From a virus (taxonomy: Duplodnaviria > Caudoviricetes), in IMG/VR virus record IMGVR_UViG_3300044259_000026, positions 9,786 through 73,785 of that record: a stretch of DNA of 64,000 nt; one strand, 5' to 3'. Each line of letters starts with the position of its first letter. Within the stretch, counting starts at the first letter, position 1. The position numbers and the translations under genes were made by a program. The notes beneath the pieces are model-generated. The model was not told the origin of the DNA. It made no database searches and worked only from the letters and a program-made list of their open reading frames with translations. Positions 18,647 through 28,003 of this stretch are shown one piece after another.

Positions 18647-20818
18647 CTAAGCCCGCTGGAATTTCTTCGCAACGGTGACCATGACAGTGTTATCGATCTC
18701 GTCCGAAGGAAGCGAGTTGCTGAGCTTCTTGTTGAACGAATGGACCTGAGCTTGAACCTCAGGGTAGGACAGCCCACTGTCCACCAGAGCCAAGGCAAAC
18801 TTGATCATCTGGTTGTTACGGTTCCCGCTGGCCATGCGTTGCGCAAACCAACGCTCCAGATTGTCGAGAGACTCGACCTTCTTGAACTCGTCCTGATACT
18901 CAGCATTGCGGCTGGTCCGTGGGATGAAAGGCAGGACATCGAGGAGTCCGCCTTCCATGTTCAGGTGGTAGGAACCACCAGAGAAGGTCTCCCACTTACG
19001 TTCTGCTTGGTTTGCACCTTCGTCAGTCTTGAAGGGGAGCCAAGCCATGACGTTGTCCATGAATGCCTTGTAATCCTCAGCATCCAACTTCAGCTCGTAA
19101 TTCATAGGAATCATGATGCGGAAGCGGTCCTCACCTTCGGTCTGATGACGTTTGGTGGTGTAGGTCATGAACTTGTAGTCGGCCAGCAACTCGTGGGCAA
19201 CATCGAGGGTGGTGCCCCCGTCCACGTCGATGACGATCATGTTGAAGCCCGGAACAACGTTCTCACGAGCCCGGTGACCGTTCTTGAAGTGGTGGTTGGC
19301 CCAGTGCATCCCTTCCGCTTGGGTCAGGTTGAACAGTTGATCGAACGGCACACGTTCGTTCGGGTTCTCCGGAGTACCTTGGTAGTGGTAGGCCCAGTGG
19401 TCGCTGTACGAGACGATGATCTCATCGAGATTGGTCTCAGCCAGCTTCTCGCCGCTGAAGAACTCGATACCGTCCCGGAAAGCTTTCTTGATGATGACGT
19501 GGTGCTTGTATCCCCAACCGATGGCCATACCCATCTGCTCGTTACGTGCCCCTTGGCTCATTTTATAGAACGGCAGGGCTTCGTGTAGATCAGCGTGGGT
19601 CAGCTCGGTGCCCATGTCTGCGATGTACTTGGCCAGCTTCACATAGGATTTCTCCCGGGTGAGGATGGTCTGGAAGGACTCGCCAGATTCTTCTACCAGC
19701 AGGATAGCCTGCTTGAGGTGCATCTCTTCGATCTCGCAGCTTTGATCGACGAATGCCAAAGCACCTGCCAATTTGAGAGCCTTGAAGTACCGGTGAGACA
19801 TTTCCGCTTTGCGGATCTCCTCGTGGTCCTTCATTTGATCGGCTGCCATTTCACAGGCGATCTTATACTCCCACAGCAGGATGCCCACCGGATCATCCAC
19901 CGTCATTTTCCACCCATAAATAGCCGGATCGGCCAACAGGTGGAAGTGATGCGCCCACTTGTCCACAACAACCGAGTTGCTTGGTTGAATCAACTTGCGG
20001 TAGATCTCTTCCGCCGACTGGGTGTTGTGAGCCTTCTCTTCTTGCTCACCCCAGCCAAACAAACACCGACGTGCATAACCAGTATCGAGGAAGCTGTAGA
20101 ACAGGTCCTCGGTCTTGGCACCGTCCAGCAGTTTGCTTGGAGTACCGAACAGCAAGACGTTGGCTGGGGTACGCCCGTCCAGTTCTTCTGCCCGTTGGTT
20201 CTCGGCAGTGTTCTTGGTGATCTTCTGCTTGACCGAACCTAGGTCATACAGCTCCAAGAACAGGTTCATCAGTTCCGCAGAACCTTCAAGGTTGGAACCA
20301 ACCTCGTCCATCTGGAAGTTGATGGCCCCACAGTTGCCCATCAGCAACTTGTGACGCAGCTGCTTCACAGCAGGTGCAGTGCCCGAGTCGAAGGTGAACG
20401 GGATTGCCCCGGCACGCTTGAACTCGCCCAGCAAGCTGTCGTATTCAACTTGCTGGTCAGTACCATTGCGGATCGAACGCTCTTGGGCCAGCAGGTTGAG
20501 ATGCTGATCCGAGATGGTTGGGAAGGTCTCTTCCATGAACCGCTTTTTGAAGCCGGACAGGAAATCCCCTTCGAAGATGGCCACAGAGTGACCCTTACCG
20601 AAGCCCGAGGTGGCGAGAGCCAACACGTACATGTTGACTGGGATTTCACCACGGTCTTTGGTGACAATGGTTGCCCGCATGGAACTGGCCATCTTCCCGA
20701 GGAAGAAAGCCAACTCAGCGTGGAAGAATTTACGGTTGGTGTTCTGTGTTTTGGCGCAGAGCACGTCAGTAATCTCTTCGATTACCGGATGGTGAGTGAC
20801 CCCAGTCAAATCGATCAT
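18647..20818 (-). CDS. DNA primase (N4 gp43 type)
   Basis: P-loop-like SGFGKG; YTTKRH motif; PriCT-like GNRNNQM C-terminus; ATGA overlap at 20818. Confidence 0.82.
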   Translation of the reverse strand: MIDLTGVTHHPVIEEITDVLCAKTQNTNRKFFHAELAFFLGKMASSMRATIVTKDRGEIPVNMYVLALATSGFGKGHSVAIFEGDFLSGFKKRFMEETFPTISDQHLNLLAQERSIRNGTDQQVEYDSLLGEFKRAGAIPFTFDSGTAPAVKQLRHKLLMGNCGAINFQMDEVGSNLEGSAELMNLFLELYDLGSVKQKITKNTAENQRAEELDGRTPANVLLFGTPSKLLDGAKTEDLFYSFLDTGYARRCLFGWGEQEEKAHNTQSAEEIYRKLIQPSNSVVVDKWAHHFHLLADPAIYGWKMTVDDPVGILLWEYKIACEMAADQMKDHEEIRKAEMSHRYFKALKLAGALAFVDQSCEIEEMHLKQAILLVEESGESFQTILTREKSYVKLAKYIADMGTELTHADLHEALPFYKMSQGARNEQMGMAIGWGYKHHVIIKKAFRDGIEFFSGEKLAETNLDEIIVSYSDHWAYHYQGTPENPNERVPFDQLFNLTQAEGMHWANHHFKNGHRARENVVPGFNMIVIDVDGGTTLDVAHELLADYKFMTYTTKRHQTEGEDRFRIMIPMNYELKLDAEDYKAFMDNVMAWLPFKTDEGANQAERKWETFSGGSYHLNMEGGLLDVLPFIPRTSRNAEYQDEFKKVESLDNLERWFAQRMASGNRNNQMIKFALALVDSGLSYPEVQAQVHSFNKKLSNSLPSDEIDNTVMVTVAKKFQRA

Positions 20819-21801
20819 GGGAAGTATCGGTCCTTTTGCTTGCACGCATCGAAGGCGTCACAGTACTCACACCGTTTCGGTTGACCCGGCTCGGTGATGA
20901 TGATGCCTTTACCGCCTTTCTCTGCGATGTGTTTACGGGCTTCGGCCAGACTGTCGAAGTTCTTGGTGGAGCGACCTGCTGTCTTTGCTGGATCAGCGTA
21001 GTACTTGTACTTCGGATCCGACATCCACAGTTCGTCAGGCGTACACTCAGGTAACTCACTTTCGGGAGCCTCCATGAGCTTATCCACCAGAACAAGCTTG
21101 TCCTTCACCCAACGATCAGTGACGATGATCGAGTCCAGCGGGATGTCCTTGTTGGCCATTCGCTGTTGTGGGTACTTGGGGTTGGTCTTGGCAAGGGATT
21201 TCTGCCAGTCGGTGAAGATGTATTCGATCCGAATGAAGTCTTCGGTGATCTTCTCCGGGTTGAGCCAGCGATACAGGGAACCCTGCATCTTGTGTTCGTC
21301 ATCTCGACCACCGTGGACCCAGGTGTAGGCAGAGGTGGACTTGTTGTCGTGGACAATGCCCTCGGCAACCATGTCGAACTTACCGCCTACGGTGTAGGTC
21401 TTTCCGTTGATTGTGATCTTCTTGAAAGCCCGCTGCTCCAAATAAATTGGGATGCAGTCAGGCATTTCCTTCAGCAGTTCATCGGTAGGGTTGATCCGAA
21501 CCCGTTCAGCCACATGCTTGGGATACCCCAAACGAATGAGGGACTTGGTTCGGACATGGTCGTTGGTCCAAGCCTTTTCGATGGAATCGTGCAGGGCAGT
21601 GCCCAACGCACGAGACGCCAGCTCGCTGACATCCAAGACCCGACCTTCCAGAGGGATGCGTCGGGGCAAGATGATCTGACGAATGGGCTTCATCAGGGAC
21701 GTGACCGAGATGTAGTTTTCCATCTGCTGGTAGTCGTACTCGTCGTGCAGTAGCCAGACCTGCATGGCGAGAGAGATACCGTGTTCGTTCGTGATCTTCA
21801 T
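20815..21801 (-). CDS. PD-(D/E)XK exonuclease (Cas4/AddB-like, N4 gp42 type)
   Basis: ISVTSL, GTALH, GKFD...HDNKST; C-terminal Cys cluster ECT...CEYCDAFDAC. Confidence 0.82.
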   Translation of the reverse strand: MKITNEHGISLAMQVWLLHDEYDYQQMENYISVTSLMKPIRQIILPRRIPLEGRVLDVSELASRALGTALHDSIEKAWTNDHVRTKSLIRLGYPKHVAERVRINPTDELLKEMPDCIPIYLEQRAFKKITINGKTYTVGGKFDMVAEGIVHDNKSTSAYTWVHGGRDDEHKMQGSLYRWLNPEKITEDFIRIEYIFTDWQKSLAKTNPKYPQQRMANKDIPLDSIIVTDRWVKDKLVLVDKLMEAPESELPECTPDELWMSDPKYKYYADPAKTAGRSTKNFDSLAEARKHIAEKGGKGIIITEPGQPKRCEYCDAFDACKQKDRYFP

Positions 21802-21846
21802 AATCACTCCATAAAAATGGGGACCACTCAATGTGATCCCCTTGGC

Positions 21847-22320
21847 TCAGACTTTCCGGAAGTGGGTGATGCGGGATGTTATCCCTTGGTTCCAGTTCCA
21901 ACTACCAGCTCGACGAGCCCTTTCAGGTTCTTCTCCATCCGGGAAACGTACCTGAATCAGGTCATTTGCATTGATAGTTTTTGGGATTTCCCCACTACCC
22001 GTGTACTCAACCCAGTTAGGCTCCTCATTTGCCACTACAACTGACTGCCTTTGCTGCTCTTGACGTAGAGAGGCTTGTGCATAATGCACTCGCTTCTCGC
22101 AGTCATAGAGGGCCTTTTGACCGGGCTTACCATTACCCAGACGGGCAGCAGCAGTACGCCAGATGGCCTTGAATTCACAACCTTCATCGAAGGTCATGTT
22201 CAGTGCTCGTATGATGTCCTCACACTCGGCCTGATAGGGCACCTGCTCTTCCCGCTGGGGATGGTCGATCTTGGCCAAGTAGTAATTGGTGAGACCACCA
22301 GTCAACTTGGCTTCGGTCAT
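21847..22320 (-). CDS. DUF3310-like domain protein with extra C-terminal domain
   Basis: NYY...ECEDII...FDEGCEFKAIWR...DCEK..HY pattern resembles DUF3310. Confidence 0.55.
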   Translation of the reverse strand: MTEAKLTGGLTNYYLAKIDHPQREEQVPYQAECEDIIRALNMTFDEGCEFKAIWRTAAARLGNGKPGQKALYDCEKRVHYAQASLRQEQQRQSVVVANEEPNWVEYTGSGEIPKTINANDLIQVRFPDGEEPERARRAGSWNWNQGITSRITHFRKV

Positions 22321-22640
22321 TTCTTGGCAGCCTTAGCAGCGGCGACAGCTTCGGCACCGTAGAACTCGGTGTCGGTCATGCAGCCGAGGTTGCTGATGTT
22401 GGCGAAGATCAGTTCCAGTACTTGCACTTCGACACCTTCGACCTTCTTGTGCAGGGAGATCTGCGCATGTTCCTGCATCTTCACCAGATCCGCACGGGAC
22501 AGGAAAGGTTCTTTGGTGGCATGCACCACCTGTTCCTGAGTGGGGAATGGCTGCTCCGGGTTGTCCATCCGGACGGCGGTCAGGTTGACCATTGCCATCC
22601 AGAAGTGACGTTTGCTTTCTACTGCGGGCTTGTTGTTCAT
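22317..22640 (-). CDS. Hypothetical protein (107 aa, N4 gp40 position)
   Basis: AGGAG RBS; ATGA overlaps at both ends. Confidence 0.7.
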   Translation of the reverse strand: MNNKPAVESKRHFWMAMVNLTAVRMDNPEQPFPTQEQVVHATKEPFLSRADLVKMQEHAQISLHKKVEGVEVQVLELIFANISNLGCMTDTEFYGAEAVAAAKAAKK

Positions 22641-25270
22641 GCTTTCTCCTGCGGGATTGGTGGCCAGACTTTGGGCCATCCGGCATCCAGTCTGGCGACG
22701 TGATTTTGGATAACACCTCGGATCTGGTCCTCGGATGCATTGTTGGGGATCTCTGCCTCGTACTCCCACGAGGGATAGAACAAGGACAGTTCCCCGCCCA
22801 GTCCGACATCGGGATGCCGAATGTCGTCATGGTCTTGCCAGTTCACAGCCTCCACCAGATGCTGGTTCACGAACCGAACCACATCGATGTCATCACGAAC
22901 CAAGAAATACTGGGCATCGTGGATCTGGGCACATGGACGGATGTCCAGTCTGAACTTGGAAGCTCGGACCTTGCCCATGAACTCACTGCCAGCACGGCTG
23001 TTCAAGAGACACCAGCTTTGACCCAAGGCGTTACCTGCGGTACGGCCCTCGGCTTCAGCTTGGAATGGGGTTTTACTGGTTCCACGGATGACCTGATGCA
23101 GCAGTGGGGTTCGAACCCGCAGCCCGAAGGCGGCAGTAATGTACCCGTCTTTGCTGGCCTGATCCAATTTACTCTGTATCCATTCGTCGGAGACGTGGTA
23201 GAGCACGTGGTAGGCCGACTCAACCTCTTTGGCTTCCGTTTCCGAGAAACCACAGTTGGTCATCAAGGTCTTGTAGGTCCCTTGGTAAGTCAGTGCAAAG
23301 GTCGGAGCCTTCGACTCGCCACGTAGGTCCTTGTACAGCTTTTGGATCGAGTTGATGCTCTCCACCGTGTTCACGATGTCGGGCATCTTGTGTGGCCAGT
23401 AGCTGTAGGCTCGCAGCGAGTGACCGTCATAGCCATCTGTGTACACCTTCAGCTTGTTTGGGTCCTTTGTTGTCAAGGCCGAGATCCGGTCTTCCAGCGA
23501 AGCGAAGTCCAGACCCATGAACAACCAGCCTGGAGGGGCTTGGAAGCACGACTTGATGAGCTTGGCATATCGACTGCTGGCAGGCAGGTTCTGGAGGTTG
23601 GGCTTGCTGGACGACAAGCGACCAGAGACCGTACCCCCAAGGTTGAAGTTCCCGAACAGATACCACCATCCGTCAGGACCTTGGGCTGCACCGAGCAGGG
23701 CAGGCAAGAACGTCTGGATGATTGTGGTCACACTGGCGAAGTCCAACAGGGCATCCAGTAGGTCTTTGACCTCCTGTTTGTCTGTGTGGTTCTTCAGAGC
23801 TTTCAGGGTGTCGGCATCCGCCGAAGGCTGCTTGGAGTCTGTCAGTGCAATGACTGGCAGAGCCAGCATGTCATAGAGCAGAGCCTGAACTTGCGGGTTG
23901 GAGTTTGGGTTGAATTCCTGATTGGCTTCAGCAGCGGTAATCCGCTTCTTCTTCCACTTGGCATTCATCTTATCGGCGTACTGCTCATTCAGCTGATAAG
24001 TAAATCGCTGAACCAAAGGGGATGCTTGGAGTCGTGTAACAGCATCTTCCCGATCCTTCATCAGGATCTTTTCAACTTCCAGCACTCGATGCATATTCAC
24101 CGGCATACCGGTTAGCTGCATCTGCACCACATCGAGTGTGGCAGGCTGGAAGATGTTCTTGTAGAAGTCCTCTTGGTTGTCTTGGATCATCTTCGGCAAA
24201 TTCTTGCCTCGGACATACCAAGTAGCCAGACCGTCCACCAAGTTGTATTCCAATAGAGTATCCATCGGGATCTTGGTGATGTCTTTGATTTCTTCTTGAG
24301 CGTAGTTGCCAGCAAACTCCTGAGACTGGTCTTTAAGACCCAGCTTGTTACCGGCACAACTGTTGGTCGCCAAATAGGAGATCAACTTGGTGCAGTCCCA
24401 GTTCCTGAGCATGACACTCAGACCTTCCAACAGCCCTTCAGTGTCGGTGAGATCTTTCATAAACAACTGATAGATCAACACATACACGTCAAAGGCGATG
24501 TTGTGGTAAATGCCCTTCTGACTCAGCTTAATGAAGAAGTCCTTAAGCAGCGCTCGAACAGGATCATTCCTTACATTTCTGAGATACGGGGCTTCCGTGG
24601 CTCCAACAATTTCTTCGCAATCCACGGGGAAGGCGATACCTTCATGCTTATTCCAGCAGAAGGTGATTGTGCCGATGCCGCACTTGTGGTGCTTCAGGTC
24701 AAAACCTTCAATGTCCACTGTTAGCGGGCAGTCCATAGCCAACAATTTTTCCAGCCATGCTTTGATTGCCTCGTAGGTACGAGGGTACTCGGCAAAGTGG
24801 ATGATGTTGGCTCCGGGATCTTCATAACTATCCGAGCAAGCATTGACCAATGCATCCATGGTCTGCTTGATCCCGGCAGCCACTTTGATCGGGTTGTAGA
24901 ACATCTGCCGGTAGTTGGGAATATAGAGAACCTTGAAGTCTCCATATTCACTGTCCACCACATAGCCCAAGTAGGGCTCTGCTTTTGGCAGTTTGGTCAG
25001 GGCCTTGAAGTAGTCCCCATCCGAGACCAAGACATATTGCGCCTTGGCAGTTTTCAACGCAGGCACTACAACTTCGTCCAAGTACTGACGCATTTCTGCG
25101 ACAGAGGTCTTCTTGGTGGTCTGGGAGTAGTGCAGTTGGATCGCCAACAAGTCTTCTTCATCCAGCCCATGAGGTCGGAAGTAGCAGTTGACGATATCAT
25201 CCTTGCGGATGTTTTGGGTCAGCAGGACTAGAGGGTACTCCTCCCGATCTGCCCATGTCGCGTGATACAT
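22637..25270 (-). CDS. pol: DNA polymerase, family A (N4 gp39 type), uninterrupted
   Basis: Exo I VDIEG; motif A DFASLEDR; motif B RGESKAPTFALTYQG; motif C QIHDA. Confidence 0.95.
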   Translation of the reverse strand: MYHATWADREEYPLVLLTQNIRKDDIVNCYFRPHGLDEEDLLAIQLHYSQTTKKTSVAEMRQYLDEVVVPALKTAKAQYVLVSDGDYFKALTKLPKAEPYLGYVVDSEYGDFKVLYIPNYRQMFYNPIKVAAGIKQTMDALVNACSDSYEDPGANIIHFAEYPRTYEAIKAWLEKLLAMDCPLTVDIEGFDLKHHKCGIGTITFCWNKHEGIAFPVDCEEIVGATEAPYLRNVRNDPVRALLKDFFIKLSQKGIYHNIAFDVYVLIYQLFMKDLTDTEGLLEGLSVMLRNWDCTKLISYLATNSCAGNKLGLKDQSQEFAGNYAQEEIKDITKIPMDTLLEYNLVDGLATWYVRGKNLPKMIQDNQEDFYKNIFQPATLDVVQMQLTGMPVNMHRVLEVEKILMKDREDAVTRLQASPLVQRFTYQLNEQYADKMNAKWKKKRITAAEANQEFNPNSNPQVQALLYDMLALPVIALTDSKQPSADADTLKALKNHTDKQEVKDLLDALLDFASVTTIIQTFLPALLGAAQGPDGWWYLFGNFNLGGTVSGRLSSSKPNLQNLPASSRYAKLIKSCFQAPPGWLFMGLDFASLEDRISALTTKDPNKLKVYTDGYDGHSLRAYSYWPHKMPDIVNTVESINSIQKLYKDLRGESKAPTFALTYQGTYKTLMTNCGFSETEAKEVESAYHVLYHVSDEWIQSKLDQASKDGYITAAFGLRVRTPLLHQVIRGTSKTPFQAEAEGRTAGNALGQSWCLLNSRAGSEFMGKVRASKFRLDIRPCAQIHDAQYFLVRDDIDVVRFVNQHLVEAVNWQDHDDIRHPDVGLGGELSLFYPSWEYEAEIPNNASEDQIRGVIQNHVARLDAGWPKVWPPIPQEKA

Positions 25271-25278
25271 AGGCTCTC

Positions 25279-25788
25279 CTAATACAGCAGCCGGGTGGCT
25301 GCGTAAAATTCGATTTTGGGAATCATGGCCTCGATCTGCCGAAGTGTCCGATTGTCGCTTTGCCAGAGTATTCCCTCAGGAAGCTTGCGAGGGATCTTTG
25401 CCAAAGCTGGAACCAGATTGGCTACACAATCGGGCAGAGCATCTCGGATTTCCTGCGCATCAGCACACTGAAACAGCATCTTGTAGAAGGTCTGCTTGAT
25501 GGACTGTTTCTCCCACTGGATCACACGGCACTCGTTGACCAAATGGTTACCCTCTTTCAACAGAGAGAAACACAGTGGTTTGAACATCGTATGGGATGTG
25601 GGCTTATAAACTCTCTGGGTTGGGATATACACCGCCCCCTTGAAGGTAAAGCCCTCCAGTTTGTGTCCTTGGATCTCACGGTTCTTCTTGTCCAGCTCAG
25701 TGACTAGCCCGTCGATACGCCGAGTTTCGGCTTCAAACAGGACTGTCACCAGAGCATCCAACAGCTCTGGCAGTTCAGCAATGGCCAT
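25279..25788 (-). CDS. Hypothetical protein (169 aa, N4 gp38 position)
   Basis: AGGAGGAG RBS; located between helicase and polymerase. Confidence 0.75.
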   Translation of the reverse strand: MAIAELPELLDALVTVLFEAETRRIDGLVTELDKKNREIQGHKLEGFTFKGAVYIPTQRVYKPTSHTMFKPLCFSLLKEGNHLVNECRVIQWEKQSIKQTFYKMLFQCADAQEIRDALPDCVANLVPALAKIPRKLPEGILWQSDNRTLRQIEAMIPKIEFYAATRLLY

Positions 25789-25798
25789 GATCTCCTCC

Positions 25799-27115
25799 TT
25801 ACAGGATCAGCTCGCCATACTTGGGAGCCAACTCACCAAAGAACACAATCCGGTCGGTTGGTCGGGACACTGCCACGTACATCGAACGGGCAGCCTGTGC
25901 CGGATGGCGGATCTGGCTGAAGTCCGTGAGGTCAATGTAGGTGGTGTGCATGGTAGAACCCTGTGCCTTGTACGTGGTGCAGGCATCACGTTGGCGAAGA
26001 TCCGGGAAGTTGCCCTTTAGGAAGAAGTAGCGTTCCCAGTTCTTGCACTTGGCGAAGTACTTGATGAGCTGGGTGTAGTGGTCCCGGTCCTGTACGATTT
26101 TGACATCATGCAGGATCTCACCCCGAGTGGTTTCCAACTCAGCTCGTCGAATTGTCAGGGATGCTCCCGTAACGATTTCGTACTCTTCGTCAATGCTGCT
26201 CAGGTGGCGGATGTACACCTCGTCCTCAACGGACAGCTGCACCTTGCCGATTCGTACAGCGCTGTTGTTGACCACGTACTCACCGGCTTGGAACTGGCCA
26301 GGCAAACCACGAACATCTCGGATGAACTGGTTGTAGGCAATAGCTTGACGGTTGGTGTAGGTCAGGATGCGAGCATTGTAGAGCGGGTCTGCAAATAGGC
26401 GGGTGACCTCTTCCTCCATTTGCTCTGCATCCAGCCAATCAATCACCCCGGGAACCAATTGGATTGGGTTCCACTGCTGGGTTTCTACCGTATTACGGAA
26501 CTGGTTACAGATAGCTTGCAGGGCAGGCTGACCGGCGTTACGCATTGGGATGGTCAGGTCGAAGGAGGGCATTGGGTCAGAATAGACCTGAGACACCTCT
26601 TCACCTACTGGGGCCAACTGGCACTTGTCGCCCACGTAGACGATCTTGCTCTTCATGGTGCCTTCCCGGATGAACTCCAAGAGTTTACGGTCAACCATGG
26701 AAGCTTCGTCCACGAACAGAATGATCCCTTGATGGATCTCCCACTGTTTGGTCTTGGTGATACGAGCCTTACCAGTCTCGAAGTCTTCGATGACCTTGAG
26801 ATTCATCTGGCTGTGTACGGTGCTGGTTGGTCGGCCAGTGTTCTGTCCCAGCACTTCAGCCGCTTTGTTGGTGGTCGCTGTCATGTAGACATCGAAGTAC
26901 TCCGGTTCAATGCCTGCCAACTTACAGGCGTCGAAATACTGCTGCATGATTCGGTCGATCAAGTAGCCCATCAGGTAGGTCTTACCCACACCGCCGGGAC
27001 CGGAGATGCGGAGTTCTTTGTCTTTACTGAACAGGAATGCAAAGAAGCCATCAGCAGCTGCTTGCTGGTCCGCATTCAGTGGAAACTCTGGAAGACTCAA
27101 TTGAGGATTCTCCAT
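25799..27115 (-). CDS. SF1B DNA helicase (Dda/RecD-like)
   Basis: GPGGVGKT, VDEAS, GDKCQLAP, YKAQGST, YVAVSR. Confidence 0.93.
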   Translation of the reverse strand: MENPQLSLPEFPLNADQQAAADGFFAFLFSKDKELRISGPGGVGKTYLMGYLIDRIMQQYFDACKLAGIEPEYFDVYMTATTNKAAEVLGQNTGRPTSTVHSQMNLKVIEDFETGKARITKTKQWEIHQGIILFVDEASMVDRKLLEFIREGTMKSKIVYVGDKCQLAPVGEEVSQVYSDPMPSFDLTIPMRNAGQPALQAICNQFRNTVETQQWNPIQLVPGVIDWLDAEQMEEEVTRLFADPLYNARILTYTNRQAIAYNQFIRDVRGLPGQFQAGEYVVNNSAVRIGKVQLSVEDEVYIRHLSSIDEEYEIVTGASLTIRRAELETTRGEILHDVKIVQDRDHYTQLIKYFAKCKNWERYFFLKGNFPDLRQRDACTTYKAQGSTMHTTYIDLTDFSQIRHPAQAARSMYVAVSRPTDRIVFFGELAPKYGELIL

Positions 27116-27119
27116 TACG

Positions 27120-27147
27120 AAAAACCCTCCTGAGTCGGAGGGTTATT
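27120..27147 (-). terminator. Rho-independent terminator
   Basis: ACCCTCC-TGAGTC-GGAGGGT with T-tract on minus strand. Confidence 0.7.
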
Positions 27148-27160
27148 TGCTGCTGGTGCC

Positions 27161-27616
27161 TTAACGAACGTAAGGCGTGAGGTTGGCCTTGCTGTAGTTC
27201 GGTCCTTTGATAACCTTACGGTTCTCGTTATACAACGGCATGCCGTTGTCATCGAACTTGGAGAAGTTCGAACGGTTGACCTCGTTCATGGCCCCGATGA
27301 TCTCGTAGCCACGAGTGTGGCCAACACCGGTCGCCGTCACGATTTGATCGCACAGCGAGTCCAAGAAAAGGACTTCGTCAGTCGGCTGTACTACATTGTC
27401 GCTGGCCTTCAGGTGCTCTGCCAGAAGGTGCAGATGCATTTCTGCTTGCGCAATGAGTCCGGTGGTATACGGATCTTTACCATCCAGTGCCTGCAAGGAT
27501 TCCACCACCTCTTCGTAGTGGACGCCCAGCTGGGAATGGAAGTCCTTACTGGAAGGATTCGGTCGAGCACGTTGGAACCACAGCAGGGTGTTTTGCAGCG
27601 TAGCTTGTGCGGTCAT
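27161..27616 (-). CDS. MazG-like NTP pyrophosphohydrolase (151 aa)
   Basis: EEVVE, DSLCDQIVT, EVNRSNFSKF, KVIKGPNY. Confidence 0.85.
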   Translation of the reverse strand: MTAQATLQNTLLWFQRARPNPSSKDFHSQLGVHYEEVVESLQALDGKDPYTTGLIAQAEMHLHLLAEHLKASDNVVQPTDEVLFLDSLCDQIVTATGVGHTRGYEIIGAMNEVNRSNFSKFDDNGMPLYNENRKVIKGPNYSKANLTPYVR

Positions 27617-27939
27617 ACAGGGTTTCCTTGATTCTGTCGTTGGTATTCTTGGATCAGCAGGTTTCGGACAAAGTCCTTGATGTTGCTGCCTTGCACGGCA
27701 TCGGCAACCCATTCCTGCTGATCGACGTTGAGGGTGACAAAGATGTCTTCCATGAACGCTCGACGGGTATCCGCAGCGGGAACCTTCAACCGGACCAGTC
27801 GAGCCATCACCGAAGTGGGGTGAATACCCACCACAGCGCCAATGGTCTTGAGGGACAGACCGACACTGTTGAGTCGGGTGATGTCGTAATCGGATCCGAT
27901 ACGGTTGATGCGAACACAGGAAGCGTGGGTAGAAGACAT
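27613..27939 (-). CDS. Putative HTH DNA-binding protein (108 aa)
   Basis: GLSLKTIGAVVGIHPTSVMARL HTH-like segment; GGAGG RBS. Confidence 0.65.
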   Translation of the reverse strand: MSSTHASCVRINRIGSDYDITRLNSVGLSLKTIGAVVGIHPTSVMARLVRLKVPAADTRRAFMEDIFVTLNVDQQEWVADAVQGSNIKDFVRNLLIQEYQRQNQGNPV

Positions 27940-27955
27940 GGATTGTTCCTCCAAT

Positions 27956-27990
27956 AAAAGATGCCCACAGTCTAATAGACTATGGGCATC
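27956..27990 (-). terminator. Terminator after rIIB
   Basis: 14-bp hairpin GATGCCCA-T-AGTCT-ATT-AGACT-G-TGGGCATC, then TTTTATT. Confidence 0.8.
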
Positions 27991-28003
27991 AGTTGAAGCG
28001 GTG

